A stretch of 63,780 bases of DNA, the filler included, from Actinomycetota bacterium (lineage in GTDB: Bacteria > Actinomycetota > Acidimicrobiia > IMCC26256 > VFJJ01): the NCBI GenBank assembly GCA_009886115.1. It is 4 parts of 4 records of this genome, joined end to end, with 100 filler letters (N's around TTAATTAATTAA, not from the genome) between each part and the next. Parts side by side here need not be neighbours in the genome. Positions count along the whole stretch, not along the records: positions 1 to 18,568 come from VFJJ01000128.1; 3 more parts are not named here. The stretch is one strand, 5' to 3'. Each line of letters begins with the position of its first letter. Within the stretch, counting starts at the first letter, position 1. Shown here piece after piece: positions 1-9,196 of this stretch. Below the pieces are notes generated by a model. That model was not told the DNA's origin, searched no databases, and was given only the letters and a program-made list of their open reading frames with translations. The position numbers were made by a program, and so were the translations under genes.

Positions 1-4
1 GGCG

Positions 5-790
5 TTGCCTGCCGGAGAGCTCGGAGTGCCCGGCCCGCAGGAGGTCCGGTTCGTGTCGGTGGCCCCCTTGGTGTTGTTCGTGCTCATCCTCGGTGTCACG
101 TGGCTGGGCGCCAATGTGGCCATTCGGGAGGTCGCTCGCGAGTTGCCGTTGCTGTGGAGCGAACGGGCCGTCGGGCTGTCGCTCTCGGCCTACGTCACCG
201 CCAAGGCGATCGTGTTGGGCTTGATCGTGATCGGTCAGACCGTGGTCGTCGTCGCGTTGGCCACCGCCCGCCAGCACGGCCCCCGATCGGCGATCCTGCT
301 CGGCTGGGCCCCGCTCGAGTTGACCGTGATCGTCGCGGTCGCCGGGCTCGCCTCGATGGCCTTGGCCCTGCTGATCTCCGCACTGGCGGGATCGGCGGAG
401 AGGGCGACGACGCTGTTGCCCGTGGTGCTGATCCTCCAGCTGGTGCTCTCGGCCGGGGGCATCCTCCCCGAGATTGTCGACCGTCCCGGCCTCGAGCAGC
501 TCAGCCTGGCCTCGAGCGCCCAGTGGGGCTTTGCCGGCGCCGCGGCCACCGCCGACGTCAACCGCCTCGAGGGTTTCTCGGGACGCCTGCGCGACGTCAG
601 GACGGTCGACGCCACCGACGCAATCCCTGCCGTCGACGCGATCACCGTCGACTACCGACCCGAGGGCCGATGGGCGCACACGGCGCGGGCCTGGTTGACG
701 GCGCTCGTCGCGCTGGCTCTGCTCATCATCGTCCCGTTGATCGCGACCACGTTCGCTCTACGCCGCTTCGACCCCGGCCGTGCCGGATGA
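5..790 (+). CDS. ABC-2 type transporter permease domain (C-terminal part of a gene starting before the window)
   Basis: Multiple hydrophobic helices; WLGANVAIREVARELPLLWSERAVGLSLSAYVTAK resembles the ABC2 membrane domain of Rv1747-like ATPase/permease fusions. Confidence 0.75.
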   Translation: MPAGELGVPGPQEVRFVSVAPLVLFVLILGVTWLGANVAIREVARELPLLWSERAVGLSLSAYVTAKAIVLGLIVIGQTVVVVALATARQHGPRSAILLGWAPLELTVIVAVAGLASMALALLISALAGSAERATTLLPVVLILQLVLSAGGILPEIVDRPGLEQLSLASSAQWGFAGAAATADVNRLEGFSGRLRDVRTVDATDAIPAVDAITVDYRPEGRWAHTARAWLTALVALALLIIVPLIATTFALRRFDPGRAG

Positions 791-805
791 TGTTGCGATG
801 ACGCC

Positions 806-1843
806 ATGAAGGGGCCGGGATTGGGACCGAGGTCGGCCTCGACGGCGAGGTCGATCGTTTTGTGGACTGCGGTGCTGGTCGCATCGCTGGCTGTGACCGT
901 GCTTGCGCCACGAGGCGCGCCTGCGGGTCCGACTGCGGCCGGCTTCGGATCGGGTCCGGTGAACCCGGGGACCCCGCAGACGTCGGCCTGGGCCCGGGCC
1001 GTGACCGGCCTGGCGCCGGGCGTCGATCGGTCGTCGGCCAATGTCTGCCGGCGTGGCGAGGCGGCGTGCCTCGACGCCGTCGTCGGCGAGATGGAGACTC
1101 GGCTCGCGGCCCTGGGCTGTGACCACGCCGCCGTGTTCGCGTTCACCTACCTGGAGATGACCCGCGGCGTCGCAGCGCGAGCCGCCGACTCCGACTACTT
1201 CGCCGATCCACGGCGTGTCACGCTGCTCGATGCCGTGTTCGCCCGTCTGTACTTCGACGCCATCGACAACTGGACGTCAGGCCGGACCGGTGACGTCCCC
1301 GGGGCCTGGCAGATGGCCTTCGCCGCAGCCGACGAGGAGCGGGTCAGCGCAGCCGCCGATCTGTTGCTCGGGATGAACGCCCACATCACTCGCGACCTCG
1401 CCTACGCGGTGGCGTCGATCCTTGAGGCCGACGTCCCCACGAGCGACACCAACGTCGCCTCCACAGGTGGGGACGATTTCCTACGGGTCAACGACGTCAT
1501 CGCCGAGGTACGCGGTCCGATGATCGAAGGAGTCGCGCAGCGGTTCGACCCCTCGCTGCGCCTGCTCGGTGGTGACGCACCTGTTCCAGCGGGCACCGAA
1601 GACCTTGACGCGGTGTCACTCATCGCTCGCTGGCGCACCCAGGCGTTCGACCTCGGCGTCCGGCTCGCTGGCGCCGGCTCGGCTTCCGAACGAGCCGACA
1701 TCGAGGCCGAGATCGAACGCGTCGCCGTGACCGCCGCGGTGGCGATCATCGACGTCGACGCCTCACTCCCACGCCGGTCCCCAGCACCCGACCGAGGCGC
1801 CTACTGCCAACGCAACGTTGCCGATTCAACGTCGTCGGGGTGA
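806..1843 (+). CDS. DUF5995-family protein with N-terminal signal/TM segment
   Basis: Motifs FAFTYLEMTRGV, LDAVFARLYFDA, VPGAWQMAF, LLLGMNAHITRDL, DFLRVNDVI. Confidence 0.7.
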   Translation: MKGPGLGPRSASTARSIVLWTAVLVASLAVTVLAPRGAPAGPTAAGFGSGPVNPGTPQTSAWARAVTGLAPGVDRSSANVCRRGEAACLDAVVGEMETRLAALGCDHAAVFAFTYLEMTRGVAARAADSDYFADPRRVTLLDAVFARLYFDAIDNWTSGRTGDVPGAWQMAFAAADEERVSAAADLLLGMNAHITRDLAYAVASILEADVPTSDTNVASTGGDDFLRVNDVIAEVRGPMIEGVAQRFDPSLRLLGGDAPVPAGTEDLDAVSLIARWRTQAFDLGVRLAGAGSASERADIEAEIERVAVTAAVAIIDVDASLPRRSPAPDRGAYCQRNVADSTSSG

Positions 1844-1853
1844 CCCCTTCTCG

Positions 1854-1906
1854 TCGTTCTTTGCGGCTGAGCCGGTGCCGGGGGTGGTCCTGGCCGCAAA
1901 GAACGA
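1854..1906. repeat. Intergenic palindrome, copy A of the TTTG-N33-CAAA family
   Basis: Arms TCGTTCTTTGCGGC / GCCGCAAAGAACGA; TTTG at 1860-1863, CAAA at 1897-1900. Confidence 0.8.
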
Positions 1907-1955
1907 GGAGGGTGCTGAGCCCGTGGCGGCCACGGCGGCGTTAGCCTCGACCCTC

Positions 1956-3344
1956 ATGAGCGATGCCCGGGCCGTGACCGTCTTCGAGGGGGAGCTGACC
2001 GACACGGCGCCGGTGGGCAGCGCCATCGGGACGGTCGACGGGCGCCACGAACCGGTGCGGGTACCGGCCCACCGGTACGTGTCGAGCGAGTTCGCCCGGC
2101 TGGAGCAGGAACGGCTCTGGCCCCGCGTGTGGCAGATCGCCTGCCCTGTCGACCTCGTACGCCAACCGGGCGACTTCTACGACCACACCATCGGCACGCT
2201 CTCGGTGATCGTCGTCCGCGGCGGCGACGGCGTGCTTCGGGCGTTCCAGAACGTATGCCGCCACCGGGGCAACGAGCTCTGCCACGGCTCAGGTGAGGGC
2301 CTCACCGAGCTGCGCTGCGGCTACCACCGGTGGTGCTGGGACCTGGAGGGTCGACTGCGCGAAGTCCCGTCCCGCAAGGGTTTCGGGGTCTTGCGCAACG
2401 ACGACTACGGGTTGGCGCCGGTGCAGGTGGGGGAGTGGAGCGGCCTGGTCTGGGTCAACCTCGACCCGCTCGCCGACCCGCTGGGCGAGTTCCTCGAAGC
2501 GCTCCCGAGCGACACCGCCTGGACGCGTCCCGACGAGTATGTGTGCCGGGCGGTGGTCACCACGGCCTTGCCGTGCAACTGGAAGACGGGCATCGACGCG
2601 TTCAGCGAGACCTACCACGTGCAGGGGATCCACCGGGAGATGATTCCCTCGACCGACGACGTCAACTCGCTCACGCGCATCTGGGGGCTCCACGGCGCGC
2701 TCACCCAGCCGTACGGGATCCCCAGTCCCCGCTTGCGTCACGGGGCGACGCCGCAAGAGATATGGGAGTCGTTCTGGCGTCAGCAGGGTGAGCGCATCGG
2801 CGTGTCGTCGCGCGACGAACCCGGTCCCCATCCGCCGATCCCGGCTGGGTCCACGATTCGCGATGTCATCGAGGCACGGCTGCGCTCGACGGCCACCGCG
2901 GCCGGCGCCGACGTCGTCGGTTTCGACAGCGAGCAGGTGATGACCCTCTCCCAGTACAACGTGTTCCCGAACGTGACGCTCCTGTACCTCGTCGAGGGCT
3001 TCACCGTGTTGCGCATGCGTCCCGGGCCCACCCCCGACGAGTGCCTGATGGACGTGTTCTCGTATCGGCGGATCACCGACGCCGACGATCGCCGCGCGCA
3101 GCCCCGACCCCCGGTCGTCACCGTGCCGGCGGAGCACGCTCCCCTGGGACTGGTGTTCAGTCAGGACATCGCCAACCTGCAACGGGCCCAACGGGGACTG
3201 CACCAACCCTCGTTCACCCACCTCACCCTCTCGCACGAGGAGCGGCGCATCACCAACCTGCATCGCAACCTCGAGCGCCACCTCGGCATCGAGCCGAGCG
3301 AGGTCACCGGCGGACAACCGTGGGAGACGGCGTCATGGCAATGA
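1956..3344 (+). CDS. Rieske aromatic ring-hydroxylating oxygenase alpha subunit
   Basis: Rieske motif CRHRG...CGYHRW; mononuclear Fe motif NWKTGIDAFSETYHVQGIH; ATG preceded by -10-like TAGCCT. Confidence 0.9.
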   Translation: MSDARAVTVFEGELTDTAPVGSAIGTVDGRHEPVRVPAHRYVSSEFARLEQERLWPRVWQIACPVDLVRQPGDFYDHTIGTLSVIVVRGGDGVLRAFQNVCRHRGNELCHGSGEGLTELRCGYHRWCWDLEGRLREVPSRKGFGVLRNDDYGLAPVQVGEWSGLVWVNLDPLADPLGEFLEALPSDTAWTRPDEYVCRAVVTTALPCNWKTGIDAFSETYHVQGIHREMIPSTDDVNSLTRIWGLHGALTQPYGIPSPRLRHGATPQEIWESFWRQQGERIGVSSRDEPGPHPPIPAGSTIRDVIEARLRSTATAAGADVVGFDSEQVMTLSQYNVFPNVTLLYLVEGFTVLRMRPGPTPDECLMDVFSYRRITDADDRRAQPRPPVVTVPAEHAPLGLVFSQDIANLQRAQRGLHQPSFTHLTLSHEERRITNLHRNLERHLGIEPSEVTGGQPWETASWQ

Positions 3345-4195
3345 GCGCCGGGCGGGGAGCCGTGTTGGTCACCGGCTGCTCGTCGGGGATCGGACGGGCC
3401 ACGGCGGCTCGGCTCGCGGCCGACGGCTGGCTGGTCTACGCGACCGCCCGGCACCCCGCGGCCATCGCCGACCTGGAGGCGCTGGGCTGTCGCACGCTGG
3501 CTCTCGATGTCAGCGAGGAAGGTTCGATGACGGCGGCCGTGGCCCGAATCGAGGACGAGCACGGGTCGGTGGCGGTGCTCGTCAACAACGCCGGCTTCGG
3601 TCAGCAGGGCCCGATCGAGGACACGCCCCTCGAAGCCGTGCGCCAACAGTTCGAGGTGAACCTGTTCGGGCCGATGCGCCTGTGCCAGCTCGTGCTCCCG
3701 GGCATGCGCCTGGCAGGCGCCGGGCGCATCGTCAACGTGTCGTCGATGGGTGGCCGGCTCACGTTCCCCGGCGGCGGCGCCTACCACGGATCGAAGTACG
3801 CCCTCGAGGCGGTCAGCGACGTGCTGCGCTGGGAGGTCGCTCCGTTCGGGATCGGCGTCACGCTCGTCGAGCCCGGCCCGACACTCACCGAGTACGGGGA
3901 GGCGGCCCTGTCGTCGATGGAACAGCTCGAGGCCGCGGCCGACGGTCCCTACGCGCGGTTCACCGCCTCGATCCGAGGGGCGCTCGAGGGGACGTTCCGG
4001 GGCGCCGGACTCGAAGGGGCGTCGACGCCGCCCGACGTGGCCGGCGCGATCGTCGAGTCGTTGACGTCTACGCCGGCTCCCACCCGGATCGTCGTGGGCG
4101 CCATGGCTCAGCAGCTCATCGAGCTGCGGGCCTCGAGCACCGACGAGGCGTGGGACGAGATCCTCGAGTCGATGTACCAACGTCCGTCGCCTTGA
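3341..4195 (+). CDS. SDR family NAD(P)-dependent oxidoreductase
   Basis: TGCSSGIG, NNAG, YHGSK motifs; ATGA overlap with the upstream gene. Confidence 0.9.
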   Translation: MSAGRGAVLVTGCSSGIGRATAARLAADGWLVYATARHPAAIADLEALGCRTLALDVSEEGSMTAAVARIEDEHGSVAVLVNNAGFGQQGPIEDTPLEAVRQQFEVNLFGPMRLCQLVLPGMRLAGAGRIVNVSSMGGRLTFPGGGAYHGSKYALEAVSDVLRWEVAPFGIGVTLVEPGPTLTEYGEAALSSMEQLEAAADGPYARFTASIRGALEGTFRGAGLEGASTPPDVAGAIVESLTSTPAPTRIVVGAMAQQLIELRASSTDEAWDEILESMYQRPSP

Positions 4196-4232
4196 TCTGA
4201 ACACCGCGTCCGTCACGACTCGCTGCACGAAG

Positions 4233-5228
4233 TCACAGCTCCGGGCGGCCCGCGGCCAACCAGGCCGGTTTCGACCAGACGTCGTGGTTCTCGCCGGTGA
4301 CCACGAGACCGGGACGTCCCTCGACATTCCAGGCCATCAAGTTCAGCACGGCGTACACATCGTTCCCTGCGTCGTTGGCGCTGGAGTTCACCGAGCGCCC
4401 CTCGGCCCGTAGGGTGCGCCCGAGCGCGTCGGTGGCCTCGACGACCACCGAGGACGGCACCGGTCCGTCCCAGGTGGTGCTGCGAAGCCCCCGACGGATG
4501 ACCGCGCCCTGGCCTTCGAGCAACAGATAACCGCCGGTGATGTGCTCGGTGCCGTCGACGCCCGGGTTCACGTAGGCGAAGAAGGCGCACGAGGCGTCGG
4601 CCGTCCCGAAGGCGTTGCCGAGCCTCAGGTCGGAACGGGGCTGCCGCGGCCCCCACGAGCGGTCACGCACGGTGCCGCAATCGACGGGGTGGCGCTCGCC
4701 CCGGATCACGACGTGTCCCGTCATCCGGCCGGGTTGCTCGAGGTGCCCGAGGAACATACCCGGCGACTCCTCGGGCGCCACCGGGTTGGGCTCCATGACC
4801 GCCTCGAAGCGCACGTCGAGCGAGATGTCGCCCCCGGCACCTCCGCCGCCTCCGCCGCCGATTCCGGCACCATCGACCGCGGCTCGATGGATGTGGTAGC
4901 GCTGCAAGGGCTCCTCGACGACGTGTCGTAATCCGTTGGGGAAGGTGACATCGCGCAGATCGGGCCGGTCGCCGGCGTCGGTCTCGAACGGCCCGTTCCA
5001 GACGGCCGCGCCGAGGCGCTCGCCGGCGCCGCGCCAGGCGGCAAGCGTCACGCCGAGCAGGTTCCGGTTGGGCTGGGCGACGATGCGAGTCGAGACGGTG
5101 ATCCCGGCTTCGGGAATCGAGAACGGGAACCACACGGTCTCGATCCACGCCGGGTCGTCGCTGGTGACGGGGTGGTACAGGTCGTCGCCGTGGCCGACCG
5201 AGAGCCCGTGGCTCATTCCGACGATCAC
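4233..5228 (-). CDS. Conserved actinobacterial hypothetical protein (DUF7064/DUF7065-like beta-barrel)
   Basis: WIETVWFPF...HLEQPGRMTG...RDRSWGPR motifs typical of this family; coupled to the phosphotransferase gene. Confidence 0.6.
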   Translation of the reverse strand: MIVGMSHGLSVGHGDDLYHPVTSDDPAWIETVWFPFSIPEAGITVSTRIVAQPNRNLLGVTLAAWRGAGERLGAAVWNGPFETDAGDRPDLRDVTFPNGLRHVVEEPLQRYHIHRAAVDGAGIGGGGGGGAGGDISLDVRFEAVMEPNPVAPEESPGMFLGHLEQPGRMTGHVVIRGERHPVDCGTVRDRSWGPRQPRSDLRLGNAFGTADASCAFFAYVNPGVDGTEHITGGYLLLEGQGAVIRRGLRSTTWDGPVPSSVVVEATDALGRTLRAEGRSVNSSANDAGNDVYAVLNLMAWNVEGRPGLVVTGENHDVWSKPAWLAAGRPEL

Positions 5229-6388
5229 GGCCCGTCCTCCAGGGGCTGGGGCAGCCGATCAGCCAACGGGCCCATGACCTCGCGCATCGCAGCGGCCTGC
5301 TCGTGGGCTCGTTCCACCAGCCCGGACGCGGACCGGGAATCAGCGGCCCGTGCACGATCGGCCGAATCGCCGTGCGCGACGGCATCGGCCAACGAGATCG
5401 CCGCGGCCCGCATCAAGAGCATCCGGTACATCGACAGCTGGGCGACGTCGAGCGTCGGAGTGGCCCGTTGGAGCGCCAGGCTGAGCATGAGGCTGTTGCG
5501 CGTGAGCACGAGCACCCGGTAGTACCGGACCCGCTCGAGGTCGACGGTGATGGCGCTCGACTCGGTGTACTCCCGGTAGCGGGTCGGGAGGTGACCGACG
5601 GGCGTTGCCATGTCGCGAATCGAGATGGCGGCGAGGTCTTCCATCGGATCGCCGAGATGGGCGACCTCCCAGTCGAGCACGGCGGTGACGCGCCCGCCTG
5701 CGTAGAGGAAGTTGCCCGGCCCCATGTCGGAATGCACCAGCGAGGTGCGCTCGACGGCCGTGGGGACATGGCGACGGAGCCAGTCGATCGCCACGTCGAA
5801 CAGCGGCTCGGGATCGCCGCTGTCGAGCAGATCGGCCATGGGGGCAAAGCCGTCGAGCAGAGCGAGCGCGTGGTCGCGGGCCGTCGCGGGACGGGCGAGA
5901 TGGTCGAGGCCGAGGGGTTCGATGTCGAGGAGGTGCAACGACCCGGTGATCTCCATGAGATGCCGGGCGGTGGGCTCGCGTTCGTCCTCGCGGTCGACGG
6001 CCGGGAAATCGGAGCGGCCGGCGACCCGTTCGAGGAGGACGACCCCGAGCGGTGCGTCGTCGGCCACGACCGCCGGGACCGGCACCGGGCTCGACGCCAG
6101 CGCCCGGAGGACGGCGGCATCGCGAGCCGAGCCACCGCCGGCACCCACCTGGTCGCGCAGCAGGAACAGGGGCCGGCCGTCGGCGGTGTCGATCGTCCAG
6201 GCCTGACGCGAGGCTCCGGAGAGGTGCCTGGCGGCCGATGCGACCGTGGAGCCCGTCGCCTGCTCGATCCAGCTCGACAGCTCGCCCGGCAGCTCTTCGG
6301 GCACCGCGGCCGTGGCCGGCTGGGCACGAGGGTCGCTGGAGTCGCTGGAATCGCTGGAGTCGACCGACAGGCTCGGGGTGCGGTCCAT
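5225..6388 (-). CDS. APH-like phosphotransferase family protein
   Basis: SGASRQAW, LVHSDMGPGNFL, VLDWEVAHLGDPMEDLA. Confidence 0.85.
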   Translation of the reverse strand: MDRTPSLSVDSSDSSDSSDPRAQPATAAVPEELPGELSSWIEQATGSTVASAARHLSGASRQAWTIDTADGRPLFLLRDQVGAGGGSARDAAVLRALASSPVPVPAVVADDAPLGVVLLERVAGRSDFPAVDREDEREPTARHLMEITGSLHLLDIEPLGLDHLARPATARDHALALLDGFAPMADLLDSGDPEPLFDVAIDWLRRHVPTAVERTSLVHSDMGPGNFLYAGGRVTAVLDWEVAHLGDPMEDLAAISIRDMATPVGHLPTRYREYTESSAITVDLERVRYYRVLVLTRNSLMLSLALQRATPTLDVAQLSMYRMLLMRAAAISLADAVAHGDSADRARAADSRSASGLVERAHEQAAAMREVMGPLADRLPQPLEDGP

Positions 6389-6403
6389 GGCGGGGGCCGT
6401 CCC

Positions 6404-6766
6404 TCAGCTCGACGTGGATGCGACGACCATCCTGATGCCGTCGACGGGGTTCACGTCGGCTTCGGCGGTCACCATCACGGTCGGGCTGTTGTCGATGTCC
6501 ATGAATGTGCACAGGTCGGCCCAGTGCTTCTGGCCGTCCTCGGTGGCGTACCAGGCGGCAGCCTGCTGGAGCGCCTCGTTGTCGGGCCAGTGGTTCTCTG
6601 CGATCCCGATGTAGGGGCTGTCGCCCTCGATCATCACCAAGCGGTTGAGGGTGATCTCGGGATGGTCGCGGAGGTCCCAGTCGCGTGTGTGCTCGGTCCA
6701 CCGGGTGAAGAACTCGGCCGCGCTCAGGTGCGGCTGCTTCTTGACGAACGTGAACGACTTGATCAT
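6404..6766 (-). CDS. EthD domain-containing protein
   Basis: MIKSFTFVKKQPHLSAAEFFTRWTEH...YIGIAENHWP...HWADLCTFMD. Confidence 0.7.
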   Translation of the reverse strand: MIKSFTFVKKQPHLSAAEFFTRWTEHTRDWDLRDHPEITLNRLVMIEGDSPYIGIAENHWPDNEALQQAAAWYATEDGQKHWADLCTFMDIDNSPTVMVTAEADVNPVDGIRMVVASTSS

Positions 6767-6935
6767 CGAACCGATACCCCCGAGGTCGTGCGTCGGAGCA
6801 CGCAAGCTACCGGGCGGAGGCCCTGGTCCGCAGGTAGCGTCGGCGGAACGGGGCCGCTTCCGACTGGGCCTACCGACTGGGCTCCTGACGGGTCTCCCAC
6901 AGGGCGGCGACGAGAACGAGGGAGCGGGGTGGCGA

Positions 6936-7364
6936 ATGGCCGACCGGGTGTACACGGTGCAGGAGATCCAGGACCGGCTGGCGATCGCCGACCTCTACGA
7001 CCGCCAGCTCGCGGCGGCTGAGGCCTTCGACTTCGCCATGTACGACACCACGTTCTCGGCCGATGCCGCCATCGACCTCCGCGACTTCGGCCAGCCCGTG
7101 CGCCGATACGCCGAGTATCGGGCGTGGCTGGCCGAGCTGCAGTCCATGATGCCCAAGGCCCAGCGGATCTCCGGCGGGCTGCGTCTCGTGCTCGCCGGCG
7201 AAGGGGCGACGACCCGGGTCCCGGTGGTGTGTTTCGTCTTCTTCGACACCGGGCAAGGGCCGCAGCTCACCCGCACCGGCCTGTTCTACAACGACACCTT
7301 GGCCCGTACCCCCGACGGTTGGCGGATCGTCGAGCGCTACGAAGAGCTGAGCTGGCAGGCCTGA
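6936..7364 (+). CDS. NTF2/SnoaL-like family protein
   Basis: EIQDRLAIADLYDR...FYNDTLARTPDGWRIVER. Confidence 0.8.
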   Translation: MADRVYTVQEIQDRLAIADLYDRQLAAAEAFDFAMYDTTFSADAAIDLRDFGQPVRRYAEYRAWLAELQSMMPKAQRISGGLRLVLAGEGATTRVPVVCFVFFDTGQGPQLTRTGLFYNDTLARTPDGWRIVERYEELSWQA

Positions 7365-7397
7365 GACCGTTCGGTTGGCGGCTCGGAGCGCCGGAGC

Positions 7398-7991
7398 TCA
7401 GTTCGCCGACGGGTCGTCGGGAAACAGCGCGAACAGACGGAGACGCCCCGGCTGACGGGCCAGGACCGCGTGCCACAGCGATGTCGGGTCGGCACTGAAC
7501 GCGTCGTCGGCGACCGACTCGCACACCCACCACGATCCTTCGGCGATCTCACCTTCGAGCTGGCCCGGCCCCCATCCCGCATGGCCGGCGAACAAGCGGA
7601 TCTCGGCGACAGCCCCGAGCTCGTCGGGCCGGCGTTCCAGATCGACTGTCCCGAGACCGAAGAAGCCGACCGCCGCGAATCCGTCGATGACCGACGACCC
7701 ACCGTCTGGATCCTCGTTGCCGCCGGCGGGGCCGAGCTCGAGACGGCCGAGCCCGATGGCCCCGTTGGGCTGCACGGGACCGCCGACGAACACCAACGCA
7801 GGGGGGCGTGCCCGTTCGGCCCACGCCGGAAGGGCATCGGCAAGGTCGAGGTCGTCGGGCCGGTTCACGATGAGGCCCAGGGCTCCATCGTCATCGTGGT
7901 CGAGCAGGAGGATCACGGTGCGCTCGAAGAACGAGCCGTCGAGCGTCGGCGTCGCGACCAGGAGCTTGGAGCGCATGGAGCCCGGCGTCAT
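7398..7991 (-). CDS. YqgE/AlgH family protein
   Basis: LLVATPTL..FFERTVILLLDH, GALGLIVNRP, VFVGGPV, FAGHAGWGPGQLEGEI, C-terminal PDDPSAN. Confidence 0.9.
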   Translation of the reverse strand: MTPGSMRSKLLVATPTLDGSFFERTVILLLDHDDDGALGLIVNRPDDLDLADALPAWAERARPPALVFVGGPVQPNGAIGLGRLELGPAGGNEDPDGGSSVIDGFAAVGFFGLGTVDLERRPDELGAVAEIRLFAGHAGWGPGQLEGEIAEGSWWVCESVADDAFSADPTSLWHAVLARQPGRLRLFALFPDDPSAN

Positions 7992-8128
7992 CTCGCGATC
8001 ATGGCGCGCCCGTGACATCGCGACCCATCCGGGGCGCGCCGGACGAGATCGATGGCCCCCGATGCGGTCGCGATGGCCGCACCGAGCGCGATGGATTTCG
8101 GGCCCTCGCGGATGGGGCAGGATGGTGC

Positions 8129-9121
8129 GTGACGGATTGGCGCAGACTCAGGTTGGCAACGACGACGCTCGCGTTCGTCGTCGTCGCCGGAACGCTCGGG
8201 TACCTCCTCTTGGGCTTCACCTTCCTCGAGGCGCTGTACCAGACCGTGATCACCGTCACGACCGTGGGCTTCAGCGAGGTCCGTCCTCTCGACGCGACGG
8301 GACGGATCTTCACCATGTTCGTGGTGGTGGGCGGCGCCGGAACCGCCTTGTACACCACCGGTGCGCTGTTGGAGTCACTCGTCGAAGGCCGCATCACGAA
8401 CCTCTACGGAAGGCGCAGGATGGACCAGGCGATCGGCCGCATGCGCGGCCACGTGATCGTGTGCGGATGGGGACGCGTCGGGCACGCGCTCTCGGGCTAC
8501 ATGGCCGGTTCGGACCACGACGTCGTCGTGATCGACACCTCGGAGGAGATGCTGGCCGGGTCCGAGTACCCGTACATCGTGGGCGACGCCACCGATGACG
8601 ACGTGCTGCGCGCCGCTGGCATCGACCATGCCCGTGCTCTCGTCGCGGCGCTCGACCACGATGCCGGCAACGTGTTCATCACCGTGACCGCCCGATCGTT
8701 GCGCTCCGATCTCTTCATCGTGGCCAGGGCTCTCGCCGACTCGTCGGAGTCGAAGCTGCGCCGCGCCGGGGCCGACCGGGTCGTGAACCCCTACCGCATC
8801 GGCGGGGCCCGCATGGCGGCGTTCGTGCTGCAGCCCCACGTGGCCGAGTTCCTCGACGTGGTCATGCACGACGGCAGCCTCGAGTTCCGTCTCGAAGAGG
8901 TCGTGGTCCCCGCATCCTCGTCGGCCAACGGTCGAACGCTGCGAGAGCTCGAGGTGCAGGACCGTACGGGTGCCCTCGTGCTCGCCATGCGTGAGCCCGG
9001 AGGCGATTTCGTGCCCAACCCGTCACCCGAGACCAGGGTCGCTGCCGGGCAGATCGTGATCGCCGTGGGGACGGCTCCGCAGCTCGTCGCACTCGAGAGG
9101 TTGATGGCCCTGACGGTGTGA
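8129..9121 (+). CDS. Potassium channel family protein (2TM pore + TrkA-N/TrkA-C RCK domains)
   Basis: ALYQTVITVTTVGFSE pore helix/filter; HVIVCGWGRVG; GDATDDDVL; TrkA-C at the C-terminus. Confidence 0.85.
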   Translation: MTDWRRLRLATTTLAFVVVAGTLGYLLLGFTFLEALYQTVITVTTVGFSEVRPLDATGRIFTMFVVVGGAGTALYTTGALLESLVEGRITNLYGRRRMDQAIGRMRGHVIVCGWGRVGHALSGYMAGSDHDVVVIDTSEEMLAGSEYPYIVGDATDDDVLRAAGIDHARALVAALDHDAGNVFITVTARSLRSDLFIVARALADSSESKLRRAGADRVVNPYRIGGARMAAFVLQPHVAEFLDVVMHDGSLEFRLEEVVVPASSSANGRTLRELEVQDRTGALVLAMREPGGDFVPNPSPETRVAAGQIVIAVGTAPQLVALERLMALTV

Positions 9122-9196
9122 TCGGCGTCGAGGCGAACCCGCGGCGCGGGGTGCACCGGGTGGCGCGCTCCGCGACCAGGGTCAGCGGCTGGGCGG

